Positions 39,001-51,200 of a DNA stretch of 64,000 nucleotides are shown here, one piece after another (positions within the stretch are counted from its first letter, which is position 1; each line of letters opens with the position of its first letter). Source of the DNA: Eledone cirrhosa (Eukaryota); contig OZ024740.1 of the NCBI GenBank assembly GCA_964016885.1, positions 62,806,001 through 62,870,000 on the forward strand. The letters are read 5' to 3'. The notes under the pieces are model-generated. The model was not told the DNA's origin. It saw only the letters and a list, made by a program, of their open reading frames with translations, and ran no database searches. The position numbers and the translations under genes are program-made.

Positions 39001-40883
39001 ATTCATCTCCTCAGTGGCCGTATCTCTGTTCCAGGTATTATTTATCTCAGTATTCAGATCATTGTCTGCTTCGGGTGGTTCCTCCGTTCTCAGGACCTCC
39101 TCACCTTCATTTCCCGCCGGCTCGCTTGTCTGGCATACTACACCCGCCATCTCCAAGCCATTCTCTCTGCTCAGTTCCTCCAGTTCCAGCTCGCTTATCC
39201 ACCCATTAGTTCTTATTACCCGAGCCTGCCCGGCCAATTTTTGTTCATCTAATTTAAATAAACCAATCTCGTTCCAGATGTTATGCATCCGTCTCCTGTA
39301 GCCCCTCTCCTTGGGGTTACTTTTCAGGTAGCATTGCATAACAGTTCTATTCAATTCTTTCGTCCAGTTGGTTCTGGCCCCTTTCCTTCTTCTTCTTCCT
39401 CCAACATCAGCAGTATTTGGTTGACAGTCAGGTTCCTGCTGCTGAGCCAGGGGGCACCTGTTGGGTGAGAGTCTGTCACATGACATTCTAGTCTCCATTT
39501 CACCGTTATTCGAACTGTTTATGTTCGATATTTAAACACTCTTATCGAGGATTGGCGAATGTATGTTTACATAGCCATCTGTGGATCCACCATCCCACTT
39601 GGCCCTTGTGTGGCATTATCACCACGCTGTATACGGACACACATAAACAAACAAACACACGGGCAGAAAGGGCCCCAAAAATGAATAAGCATAAGTTTCA
39701 TTGTAATGTAGTATTCGAATGTCTGACTTAGTTTTTGTTTTTTAAGTTTTACTTTTTCCCCCCTCTTCTCTGTCCGTCCGCCTGCTTCTCTCTTCATTCT
39801 TATTTTCTTTACGTTTTTGGGGTTTCTTTTTTTGTTTTTGTTTTTCTCTGTTTGTTTTTCTCGTTTTTTGCTGTTGTTGCTGTGCTGCTTTTGTTGTTTG
39901 TTTTTTCTTTTTTCTTTTGAGTCTATCTATATATTTTGATGCCTTCCTCTTTGTTAGTAGTAGGAATTCTATAATGTGGAAGTGGCAGCCAGCAGAGACT
40001 GGCGGCGTTGGCGATACTGAGACAGTGGTGGTGGTGATGTCGATACCGAGGCAGTGGTGGCGGTGATGCGACCGTATTACTGTAGTGATGGTGCTGTAGC
40101 GGTGGCAGCAGCAGTGAAGGAGTCAAGGGGTGGTGGCGGCGGTGATGGGATAGTGGTGGTAATGATGGCCGTAGTGAGCGGTGGCGGTGAAGGTGAAAAT
40201 GCTGTTGTGTTTATTGTACACAGATGATGGGGTGGGTGGTGTATCTAGTTTCTGGTGTTGGTGAGTTTCGCTGTCCTATATAGTGTAGCCAGAGGAGAGG
40301 AGGGGGGGGGGGGGGGTTCTTCTTCTTCCATTTATAGCCATTTTATTTTTTTTGGATATACAGTGTACAATACAAAGTTGAATATTTGAATATTTGAGCC
40401 GTATTACTGTAGTGATGGTGCTGTAGCGGTGGCAGCAGCAGTGAAGGAGTCAAGGGGTGGTGGCGGCGGTAATGGGATAGTGGTGGTAATGATGGCCGTA
40501 GTGAGCGGTGGCGGTGAAGGTGAAAATGCTGTTGTGTTTAGTGTACAGAGATGATGGGGTGGGTGGTGTATCTAGTTTCTGGTGTTGGTGAGTTTAGCTG
40601 TCCTATATAGTGTAGCCAGAGGAGAGGAGGGGGGGGGTTCTTCTTCTTCCATTTATAGCCATTTTTTTTGGGATATACAGTGTACAATACAAAGTTGAAT
40701 ATTTGAATATTTGAGCCTTATAACAATATATTTTGGGTCCGAATTTTTTTTGGGCTCAAGCCGGGTGCTTTACGTAGCATTTGTACTAAGAGTTGTTATT
40801 TCACAAATGATTTAAATATGTTAAAAATTCAAAACTTACGGGAGCGATTTCATGACCTCCGTCACCTCGTGCGTCTTCTTCCC
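36031..40883 (-). mobile_element. R4/Dong-like element family A, apparently full length, between (TAA)n tracts
   Basis: Single ORF, short 3' UTR and about 1.35-kb 5' region that recurs at 44900-45797; internal tandem duplication of about 325 bp (40072-40718). Confidence 0.85.
36106..39498 (-). CDS. R4/Dong-like RT + CCHC + restriction-like endonuclease, intact 1130 aa
   Basis: KSPGPDG, YRPITCL, WIDYRKAFD, GIFQGDSLSP, HLLFMDDL, CRIC..ETVAHIVSEC, RHD, RPD..IVDVACP..EKEREKINRY. Confidence 0.95.
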   Translation of the reverse strand: METRMSCDRLSPNRCPLAQQQEPDCQPNTADVGGRRRRKGARTNWTKELNRTVMQCYLKSNPKERGYRRRMHNIWNEIGLFKLDEQKLAGQARVIRTNGWISELELEELSRENGLEMAGVVCQTSEPAGNEGEEVLRTEEPPEADNDLNTEINNTWNRDTATEEMNADGLGQDSVDILNLVVDELNNDSGRPMNLRFVDRKKLKETTAKVNKVIPYLEARSLHQCNNILKATANTVRKLLGIKARGNNRQERAEPWWKKRLSGQIGEMRNDIGKLESLLNGTLKNIGTKNRLEIKYKTRSKKLNIIIEELKQRIVAKSAKIRRYENRVSQYKQNRMFDNNQKMLFGQLEGKERGNDLIPGAEQAKTFWRGIWEQDVRHNAQAGWIETVQREIGDQAQQQTDLSITVETLKGQAKKLTNWKSPGPDGVQGYWIKHLTSLHPKLTAMFNDCLVSGEVPEWLTKGTTVLIMKDRIKGNDVTNYRPITCLPVMWKLLTSIVSEEIYHHLHTNNLLPDEQKGCRKKSRGTKDQLLIDKMVMGNCRRRHTDLAMGWIDYRKAFDMVPHSWITKSLEIFRVADNIRQLLGRSMGSCETELTSTGVSLGSVKIKRGIFQGDSLSPLLFVLALMPLTIMLRKVRAGYKLGRGELTINHLLFMDDLKLFGKSEKELDVLVDTVHIFSSDICMQFGIGKCGVIVMRRGRLSRSNGIQIPTGEMIKEIDSEDGYKYLGVLEADGIKNKKMKELLRTEYIRRVRSVLKSHLNSRNAISAVNSRAVSIIRYSAGILRWNVAEQKEMDRKTRKLLTIYNMFHKRSDVDRLYLRRSEGGRGLISIEDCVQMEKNNLYKYVTYSKEPMLRAVLKEGTVGQGISKEEITSRRKSSLKGKSLHSTFFEKTEFRDPQTWNWLRRGDLKKATEGMLMAAQEQALKTKWLKHHIYKEEASPLCRICGEREETVAHIVSECKHLAQTHYKGWRHDVMGRVIHWHLCKVNNLPHSEKWYEHRPEAVMENSQVKVLWDFRIQTDKKLEHNRPDLVVVDKEKRSCLIVDVACPFDTRVQEKEREKINRYQDLKWEVKRIWNCHEVKVIPIVIGALGTISKGFQGWLKKIGPFTLFGTLQKACLLGTARTLRYVLNI

Positions 40884-40939
<56 letters not shown>

Positions 40940-40940
<1 letters not shown>

Positions 40941-43900
40941 AGTTGCATTTATCTTGCTTTATGTTCATACGAGTTATCACCAAGTCACAACCAGTGACCT
41001 CAAGAGACAACAAGGTCCGCCATGTTCAAGAAAGAACATACATACTCACACATGCATCTTTAGTGTTTAGACTTGTGATGTATTTATATTGACAGAATCT
41101 TCCTTAGCATATGGGCAGTTCCCATTAGTATTATCTTTTGTATTTCTCCTATACGCGGGTTTCCTGGGATTTGCGATAAGTAATCATTAGACTCCTTACG
41201 TATCATTCCCAGAGCGCCTACAACCACTGGTATTGTTTTAGTTCTCAATTTCCACATTTTCCCAATTTCTATCTCCAAGTCCTTATACTTGCTCAATTTT
41301 TCAAATGTTTTTATACATACATTCCTGTCTATTGGAACAGACATATCAATTAGCAGGCATCCCCTCTTTTTAAAGTCCTTCAATATTATATCAGGTCTAT
41401 TTGCATCTATTTTTCGGTCTGTTTGGATGCTAAAGTTCCACAAGATTGAGATGTGATCTTTTTCAAGTATGGGAGGTGGTTGATGTTCCCACCAATTCTT
41501 TTGATGGGGCAGGTCAGAATGCTTACACATTATCCAATGTATGTATTGTGCAGCTCTGTCATGCCTGTTTAGGTATTCGGTTGGAGCTATAGGACAGCAC
41601 ATTGAAATTATATGGTCAATGGTTTCTGGTTGTTTTTTGCATACACGGTATAATGGGCTGCATCCATTTTTTATTATGTTGGCTTGGTAATTTTTTGTTG
41701 GCAGACACTGATCTTGTGCTGATATAATCAGTCCTTCAGTCTCCGATTTCAGTCCAGAGGATGCCAACCACTGATGGGTTAAAGTTTTGTCAACATCAGG
41801 ATTGTTAGCTCGCTCTGGGTATTTTCCATACAGAGGCTTTTCTTGCCATTTCTTAGCCAGTTTCTGTAGCAGTTCTTTCTTTGCAGTTACTTTTACCTGC
41901 CTTGCTTTTTCTGTGTTTTCCATTTCAGCAGTAAATGGGACTTCTGAAATTTGTAGTCCATTACTGTATCTTTGTGCATCTTTTGTAATGGAATATGATC
42001 TTTTGATGCTTTCGTGTTTCAAAACGAGTTTGATCATCCAATCATGTGATTCCCTTAGATATGTAGATAATCCAATCGTTGCAGTTTTCAACGCAATGTC
42101 TAACTGGATTAACCCACGTCCTCCTTCTTTCCTAGGGAGATATATTCTATCTATGTCTGCCTTAGGGTGATGCATTCTGTGTATGGTTAAGAATTTTCGA
42201 ATTTTTGTATCGAGCCTACGGATCTCTGTGCTTGACCAGTTGATGACATTGTAACTGCAGGTTACTACTGGTATGGCAAGCGTGTTTATGGCATCGATCC
42301 TATTCCTTGCATTCAATTCCGTTCTTAAGATTGCTCCTACTCGGCGGTAACATTCCTTCCTTATCCTTTCCCTCATTGTCGAGTGCTTCATTCCGTCTCC
42401 TTCACAAACACCTAGATATTTGTAAGTTTTTTCTTGATCAAGTTCTCTTATCACGTTCCCCCGATCAAGATTAATGTCTGAACTCTTCAGCAGCTTTCTT
42501 CTGGTGAACGTTGCTTTGGGGCATTTATCTAGTCCAAACTCCATTTTAATGTCATCACTGAACTGCTCCACAGTGGATAATAGCCCTTGCAATTGTTCAT
42601 CATTTTTTGAAAATAGTTTCAGGTCATCCTTGTAGAACAAGTGATTAATGGTTTTGTCATAGACTTTATATCCATGTTTTGTTTCATTGAGCATTTTACT
42701 TAATGGTATAAGTGCGATGCAGAATAAAAGCGGTGATAAAGAGTCACCCTGAAAAATTCCACAATTAATATTAACTTCCCCAGCTTCCAGTGATTTTGTT
42801 TCACTATTCAAAAGGAATGTCGTTTTCCATGTCTTCATACTGAATGACAAAAACCTCCTGACAACGGGGGATATTTTGAAAATCTCTAAACATTTTTCAA
42901 TCCAACTGTGTGGCAAACTATCGAATGCTTTTTTATAATCTATCCAAGCAATCGATAGATTTTTGTGTCTATTATGACAATCTTCCAGTATCATTTTGTT
43001 AACCAGAAGCTGATCCTTACAGCCATATGAGCCTCGTTTACACCCTTTCTGCTCAATGGGAAATAGGTCATTTGTTATCAGGTGGTCATATGTGTATTCA
43101 GTTAGGACTTGTGTTAAAATGTTATACATTGTGGTCAAGCAAGTTATCGGTCTGTAATTTTTGGGATTGTTTGTCTCATCATTCTTCGGAAGCAGGAATG
43201 TAATGCCGTTAACTAGCCATGATGGTATCTTTTCTGACTCCTTAATTATTTCATTGTAAAGTTGGGCTAACAGCTCATGAGACTCTGTGAAGGCATTTAT
43301 CCAAAAGTTTTGTATTTTGTCTTTTCCTGGGGATTTCCATTTGCTGGTTTTTCTTAGAGCCAAGCGCAACTGTTCAACTGTTATATTTTCCCATATTTGT
43401 TCCTCAAGGTGAGCTGTATCTTTCATTTGTCTGTCTATCCATGGGGCATGTATGTTATAAATTTTTTCTTCGGCCCAGATCTTTTCCCAGAATTCTTGCA
43501 CTTCCTCCTTGGGTGGTATTGATTTAGCAGTTATTGTTGACTTACCAATTTTTCTGTAGAAGTTTCTTTGGTTGTTTTTGAACATATTATTGTCCTTATA
43601 GAATCTAGATCGTTTTTCAAAGCGCCTTAAACGAGCAGCTTTGGCCGACACTTTTTGCTTGATTATTTCTATCAGCATGTCTATGTCACTTGTTGATTTT
43701 ATACTGTACTTTTTTTTCAATTTTCTAAGTTTAGTTTGTTTAACATGTTCACCTACTTTATAGTTTGTTAAAATGTCTATGTCAGATCGGAGAAGGTTTA
43801 TTTGGCGATTGATGTTCTCTTGCCAAGTAGATTTCTTGTGGGAATTCCTTTGTTTTTTCATCTTCACTCCACATAAGTGAGTGGTGACTTTAGCCGATGC

Positions 43901-44270
43901 ATAATAGAGATGATTTAAATCATTAATGTTTAGTTTGTTTGTGATGATAATGTTTTCGAGAATTATGTTAGTCTTGTGTATTATCTTTTGGTTCTGTTTG
44001 GAGTTCTGGATCTTAGGGAGGGTGTCTCGTTGCCCCATGTCAGATTCTTTCATTTTCATCCATTCGATCATAATTTCATCCTTCAAATTGGCAAGTTCAT
44101 TCTCATTCATTTCTTTATCATTTACGATCTCATTATTTTCATTTGGAGTTTCATCTTGAGCATGCACTCCCTCCACTTTTTCGATCCTTTCTTTAATTTG
44201 TTCTGTTGCCAGTGATTCCGCCCCAACCCTGGGATTCGAAGTGTTACAATTTACCTCGTTTTCACTGACA
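40940..44270 (-). mobile_element. R4/Dong-like family B, nearly complete ORF (41084-44176; frame open to about 44270)
   Basis: Same domain order as family A. RT motif reads YKDD (YMDD in the sister copy) and the first zinc-knuckle Cys is Tyr, so it is likely inactive. Confidence 0.92.
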
Positions 44271-44271
44271 C

Positions 44272-45797
44272 ATGTCTACAAATCTTAGGTTCATAGGTTT
44301 CCCACTATCATTGTTCAATTCATCTACCACTAAGTTTAGGATATCAAACAAATCTTGTCCTAGCCCGTCAGCATTCATCTCCTCAATGGCCGTATCTCTG
44401 TTCCACGTATTATTTATTTCAGCATTCAGATCATTGACTGCTTCGGATGGTTCCCCCGTTCTCTCAACCTCTTCACCTTTATTTCCCACTGGCTCGTTTG
44501 CCTGGCATACTCCACTCTCCATTTCCAACCTAATCTCTCTGCTCAGCTCCTCCAGTTCCAGCTCGGTTATCCACCCATTAGTTCTTATTACCCGAGCCTG
44601 CCCGGCCAATTTTTGTTTATCTAATTTAAATAGACCAATCTCGTTCCAGATGTTATGCATCCGTTTCCTATAGCCTTTCTCCTTGGGGTTACTCTTCAGT
44701 TAACATTGCATAACAGTTCTATTCAATTCTTTCGTCCAGTTGGTTCTGGTCCCTTTCCTTCTTCTTCTTCCTCCGACACCAGCAGTATTTGGTTGACAGC
44801 CAGGTCCCTGCTGCTGAGCCAGGGAGCACCTGCAGGGTAAGAGTCTGTCACATGACATTCCAGTCTCCACTTCACCGTTATTCGAACTGTTTAGGTTCGA
44901 CATTTAAACACTCTTATCGAGGATTGGTGAATGTATGGTTACATAACTACCGGTGATTTCATCACCCACGGTGATTTTAGTGTGGCACTATCACGCTGTA
45001 GACGAACATAAATAAACAAACAAACAAATAGGTAAAAAAAAAAAAAAAATGAATAAGCACAAGTTTCATTGTAATGTAATGTTTGATTGTCTGACTTAGT
45101 TTTTTTTTTTTTTTTTCTTCCTTCTCTGTCTGTTTGTCTTTCTTTTCATTTTTCTTTTCTTTACGTCTTTCGTTGTTGCTGTGCTGTTTTGACTTGGAAC
45201 TTTGGTTTTTTGATTTTTTGACCGGGTCATCAAATCAGTCTATTTATATCTTTTGATGCCTTCCTCTTTTAGTGGGGACACTACGATGCATGTCTTAGCA
45301 GGAGGTAGTGGGAGAGAATAGCGGCGGTAGCAAAAATAAGGCAGTGGTGGTGGTGGTGGTTGTGGTGCTGTGCTAGTAGTACTTAGCAGGAGGTAGTGGG
45401 AGAGAATAGCGGCGGTAGCGATAATGAGGCAGTGGTGGTGGTGATGTGATCGTAGTACTGTAGTGATGGTGTTGAAGTTGAAGTAGAAATAGAAGTTGAG
45501 GTAACTTGACTAGAGTTTTTGGCGTGGTAGTGGTGATGGTGGCGGTGGTGGTGTTGGTGGTGAAATTATTTGCCTGTCACTTAGCCATTTTGCCATTTTC
45601 CTCTTTTTCGACTATAACATTTCTGATCAAAAATTAAATATTGAATATTGGGGCCCTATGCCGTAAAGTGATGCGTTGTGGCTTGCTAAGCGTGGAAAAT
45701 GTTATCTTATACTTTATTTGTAATAAGAATTATTCTATCACAGTTGTTTTAAATAAGTAAAAATCAAAAACTTACGGGAGCGATTCCATAACGATAT
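44272..45797 (-). mobile_element. 5' portion (5' region + N-terminus) of R4/Dong family A, fused to family B
   Basis: ORFs 44262-44660 and 44700-44903 match the N-terminus of the 1130-aa ORF. Confidence 0.88.
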
Positions 45798-45799
45798 AT

Positions 45800-48102
45800 A
45801 TCCACCAAGTGCGTTTCCGCCAGACTTGTTCGGTGACCTCTTGGCAGACGTCTACATCTACTGGCAGCAGAACGGGAGCATTCCCAGTTTTGTGAGCCGG
45901 GGAGCAGTGGTGCTACTGAGAAAAGACCCGAACAAGGGGATGTTATCGATAATTTCAGGCCCATAACCCTGCTAAACGCAGAGTTCAAGATTTTGGCCAA
46001 GGTGTTAGCAACGAGGTTGGCGCTTGTCGTCAAGGGTTGGTGGGAGAGGCGCAGACATGCGCCATTCTGGACAGATCCATACACGACAACCTCCACCTCA
46101 TGCGATACATCATAGAGAGTGTTGTTAAGGAACCTGGCAAGGGTGGGACCCTGATCAACTTGGATCAAACCAAAGCATTCGATAGGGTCAACCATCGGTA
46201 CCTGGCGGCGGTCCTCGAGGCAGCCGGTTTCGGGCGCGTTTAAAGTGGTTGGATCGCAGCAATGTACAGCGACATCTGCTCAGTTGTGAGGGTGAACGGT
46301 CACCTGTCGCAGCCGTTCAGCATCATGCGCTCAGTCCGCCAGGGTTGTCCCCTCTTGTACGTATTGGCTCTCGAGCCGTTACTGCACAAACTGGGGGCGA
46401 TGAGGGGCGTCCCACGCGAACTAGGATGCGGTAAATCCGAGTCGGCTTACGCTGACGACGTCACCGTGGTGGTGTCGAGCACCAGACACGTCCAGATGCT
46501 CGGCACCGCTCTCAAAAAATACGAAGCGATGACAGGAGCAAAGATAAACCAGGAAAAGTCGGTGGGCTTGTAGCTCGGCACCTGGAGAGGCAAATCCATG
46601 CCGTCCGACAGCGTCGTGGGGCGTTGGACGGACGGACCGGTTAAATTGCTCGGGGTCTGGTTCGGACCGGACCTCCAGATGGAGAAAAACTGGAACGAGG
46701 TGACGAGCAGGGTGGCCTCCCTCACCCAGAAATGGGCTGAGAGGAAGCTGTCCCTGAAAGGCCGGGCGGAGGTGGCGAATGCATACATCGCATCCGTCAT
46801 CTGCTACCGCCTCACCGTCGTCCCTTGCTGCAGCCCAACTCTCACCAAAATTGAGCACCTCTTCTTCCGCTTTTTGTGGAAGGAACGCGCTCCCATGGTC
46901 AGACGATCCATCTGCTGTCAACATCCGTTGCGTGGAGGACTTGGCATGCCATGGCTGATGATGCGCAAACATGCGCTGAGGCTGTGACATCTCTGGTGCT
47001 TCCTTGATGGTGAACGGGTGTGGTCGCCGTTCGCCAGGCACAATTTCCCACAGCTCGTCTCCTTGACGGAGCTGCAGTCCTGGGTCAGGAAAAGACCGAG
47101 GGATAGCGCTTGGAAACTGGAATGTCTCCAGGCGCTCACTGCCCTCTCCCAGCTGGGCACCAGTATCGGTGGAACATCCATCTCGGCGTTCTATAGAGAA
47201 GTAGTGGAGGGGAAGAGCGACGACATTCTCGGAGAGATTCTGGGCGTCGAAGAAGATCAGCTGTTTGCTCTCTTCCGGAGAACTTTCAGCCCGGGGCCTA
47301 TGGATAACTTCCAAAAATCCCTGACCTGGCAGTGCTACCGGGGAGCGCTGCCGGTTCGAGATAAGCTCTACAGGCACGGAAGGGCCGTCAGCCGAGCCTG
47401 TCCAAGATGCGCGCAGAGCGACGAAACCGTTGTGCACGCACTCGTTCAGTGCCCGAGAATTGCTGACTTGTGGAGCTATGTCGAACAGTTGCTGTCGCGT
47501 GTGGGACTGATCCGGTTGTCGACTGAGTCCATTGTGCAGATGGTCTCGCCGTCTTCCTTCGAGGAGGAAGGGCAGGCGGTTTTCATCTGCCTGGTGGCCA
47601 TGGCGAAAGAGATTGTGTGGTGGACAAGGTTAAAAGGGTTAAAGACAGACACTTTCCTCTTCAGCGAATCCCTAATTAACTTTTTCAAGTGTCACTTGAA
47701 GAGGAAACTCAGGGTGGAGAGGCAAGTGCTGCCTTCTAGCAAGTTTGTTGAAAGGTGGGTGAATGTAGCGAGAATGGTCCGAATATAGGTCTGTAGTTTG
47801 AGAGATGGAAAAATTAAGAGAAGGCGCTTGCCCTGGTGGTCAGGGTGGCCGTGGTCTTTTGTGTGGTTTTCGCCACGAGTAACCCTCGGAGATTTCCCCC
47901 CTTATTGGGGAATTTTTCATTGTTTCAATTTTCATTTTTATTGTTTATATATATATATGTTTCTATGTCCTTTTTTTTCTTTTCTTATATAAATAATAAA
48001 AATATTTACACGCACAAAACCCACATCGTACCGTCCTGTGCCGTCTGTAATGTTTTTCTTGATGTCAGCCCTTGTGGCCAATAAAGAAATCATTATTATT
48101 AT
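45800..48102 (+). mobile_element. Tx1/L1-clade LINE, 5'-truncated, disrupted ORF2, (ATT)n tail
   Basis: NFRPITLLN, LDQTKAFDRV, SVRQGCPL, AYADDV, CPRC..ETVVHALVQC; followed by a SINE stub at 48103-48200. Confidence 0.92.
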
Positions 48103-48204
48103 TCCTTACGGGGTCGATAAAATAAAGTACCAGTAATGCACTGGGTAATTGCTGGCCTTGTGCCTAAAGTAGAAACAATTATTATTATTATTATTATTAT
48201 TGAA

Positions 48205-51200
48205 TGCCATGGTTGACGGAGGCTCGGCTCTGTAAGGTATTTTAAATTTTAACCGCTATAACAATTGTAAATTGTTTAAAACTTTAACCAAATTGTAGAC
48301 AAAAAGACCCCCTCCTCGTGAGAGGGGTCTTTCTGCCCGTTATTTGGCCCTTCGTGGTTAAATAACCGCTTATTGGGGTTTTGTGCCCAATATTTATTTT
48401 AAACCAAAAAAAACATGGCTACAAAAAAGAATTTTCACAAGTCACTCCCACTCATTCCGTCTTCTTCTTCCTCAATCGTCACTACAGCAGAGAGAAGATT
48501 GTCTCTCTCCCTCCCTTCTCTAAATGTGTCTCTCTCCCTCCCTTCTCTTTCGCAAGCGACACCAGTAAAGAAAAATAGTTTCCAAAATCACGTGCAAAAC
48601 GTGGAACATTTCTCCACGCGACGACAACGACGAAAAAGGTGTGCGGCAAATACCAAAACCCATTTCATTCGTCTGACGTCATGAATAATAGCAGTAGCAG
48701 CCGTAATAACAGCAGCAGCAGCAACAGTGAAAAGGAAAACAACAGTAGCAGCCGCAACAGCAGCAGCAGCAGCAGCATAAACAACAACAGCATTAGCAGC
48801 AACAACAACATCAGCAGCAGCAACAACAACAACAACCACAGCAACAGCGGCGGAAGTCGTAGTACCAGCAGCAACAACAAAAGTAACAGCAGCTCTGACG
48901 ACGACAACAACAACAACAACAACAAAGAAAAACCAATCTCGTTTGCAGGTATCGCAAAGAACCTGGAAACCATCCTTATAACGAATGAGGAATTACAGGA
49001 AGCAAAGAAGATGGTGATGAAAACCGGACACCGAGCAATCTGCAAGGTAGCCGAAAAATTTTTCGAAACCCAACAGCACTGTACGGTCACGTACCGTACA
49101 GTAAGCACAAAATCCCGTAGGGTTGAAAGGGCCACAGAGGCTCAAATACAAAAAGCCTTAGGGTCTGTGTGGCAGCGGAAAACGCATATCACCCGAGGCA
49201 AGAAATATGCCACTTTGGACGTGCTTTTTGCCACACCCCAGGAGGCAAAGGTTCAATCCTTAGTGACCCTAAGGAGCGAGGAAATGGTGTTGGTGCGCTC
49301 CTACTGTGGACAAAAAATTGTCAGTGTCAAACTGACCCACGTCCCACCCGGGATGGTCCCTTCTTGGCTGGCCGCGTCTGTCCTCGTCGGAATCGAGGAC
49401 AAAACAACTGTACTGCAAGTACAGAAAAAAGTACGAGAAGATTGGGTCAGCACCTCCATTGAGATGTTAATCCAAACCAACCAGGAGTGCATCGAAGCTA
49501 TCCCGGATGTGATAGACTTCGATAACGGCACTCAACTGCCCATAAGTGTTGAGGGCAAACGCCAGAAATGCTTTCGCTGTGGATCGAAGACTCTCCTCAG
49601 GGCCTTCTGCAATGAGAACACCCTGAGAAAGGAGAAAACCTCCCTCCTTCCGAAACCGGCTCCACTGCTACCAGCAACAGGACAGGAGGCAACCAGGAAG
49701 GATAGGTCCATGGCACCCATACCCACGCCACGGAAATCAAGAACAACAGCAGCAGTGGAAGTATTAACAACAACAACAGCAATACCAACTGCAGCTGCAA
49801 TAGAGACTCCACTGCAAACATCACCAACAACAACAAGTGAAAGAGTGGAGCTGGTACCCCTCCCCGACCTCACAGAATCAGATATGGAGTGTGAGGTGGG
49901 AGAGGAATGGCAAAAGGTCGCAAGAAGGCACAAACGCAGAAGCAACGCATCGTCGCCTTTGAAAAGGGAGGAAAGAAACGAAGAAAGGGTAAAGGCCACT
50001 TCAAAAAGATTTACAGCAGCAGCAACACCAACACAATCACCACCCACACTAGCACCACCATCACCACCGGCGGCAACCCCACCGCCAACATCAACAACAC
50101 CTTCAACACCACCACCACAAGCACCAACATCGCAAACACAACAAAACACACACACCCAGCAACAACGACAAGAACATAGCAGAACCACACCCCACCCCCA
50201 GAAAAACAAATGCACAGCAATAAATACACACAACAAGAAATTAATGACTTACATAATTGAACACACAGACATTTCACAGCACGACTAGAGAATACCAGCA
50301 CCAATCAAAACACCAACGAACATAAGACTGGTAAAAATAGCACAGAAACAATACACAAATATTAAAACGAAATTCCCCAACGCAGTTGGTGATTTCATAG
50401 ACCTAGGAGGGACACTCAACCGGAGGGTATATTCAGATATACTCACAGAAGAGCCGATGACCAGCCGAAGGGGCGATTCAACGGTCCCTTCACCAGACGA
50501 TCAAGTGAAAAGGGATGGTGAAACCATCCTTCCTCTGCGAGAAGAAGTAAGGTAAGTGCTCTTTCCCATCTTTTCCATTCCATTTCAACATGACCTCACT
50601 CAGAATAGGCAGCATAAATGCGCGTGGCTTGGGGTCGTGATTGAAGCAGGGCCACCTGCTCAACGACCTCAGGTCACTAAACATAGATGTAGTGGCCATC
50701 AGCGAGACCAGAATCTCCGAAGCACGGGCCTTCGCACCGATCTTCGGCGGCTACGATGTGTACGCATCTCCCAGCCGTCCGGGATCGGGGTGGGGAGGGG
50801 GAGTTGCTGTGCTTTTTCGGAGAGGTTTGGATCTTGCCATACGGGCCATCTTCCTGGACCCAGAAGGTAAGTTGGTGGTGCTGGACGTGACCAGTGGAGA
50901 CGGGCAAGCTTTCAGGTTAGTGGCCGTCTATGCCCCGACAGGAGCAGAGCGACCTGATTTCTTCCGGCGTCTGGAGACCTTTCTTGGAACGTCCCGCTCT
51001 TTAGTGTTAGTGGGCGACTGGAACGGGATCTTAGATGCACGCTGGACTGTGTGGGATTAGCGGATAGGGGAGGAGGGTGCAAGAGTCTCACCAACCTGCT
51101 CAGGCGTTTTGAACTGTCTGACAGGTACCGATTGGATTTCCTGAATGTGCCAATGTGGACTTGGACAAATCGCATAGGGTCATCCAGATCATATCTAGAT

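Noticed and set aside
36179-39468. ORFs on the strand opposite the retroelement ORFs (also 46421-47437, 49532-50236)
   Set aside because: Antisense shadows of RT/ORF1 coding sequence with no independent motifs.
39535-39620. HDV-like ribozyme upstream of the R4/Dong ORF
   Set aside because: Could not build P1/P1.1/P2/P3 on the sense strand; the ggcgaatg look-alike is antisense and its C is T in the second copy.
48639-50288. Host low-complexity (mucin-like) gene
   Set aside because: Position before an APE-RT ORF2 and the zinc-knuckle remnant identify it as LINE ORF1.
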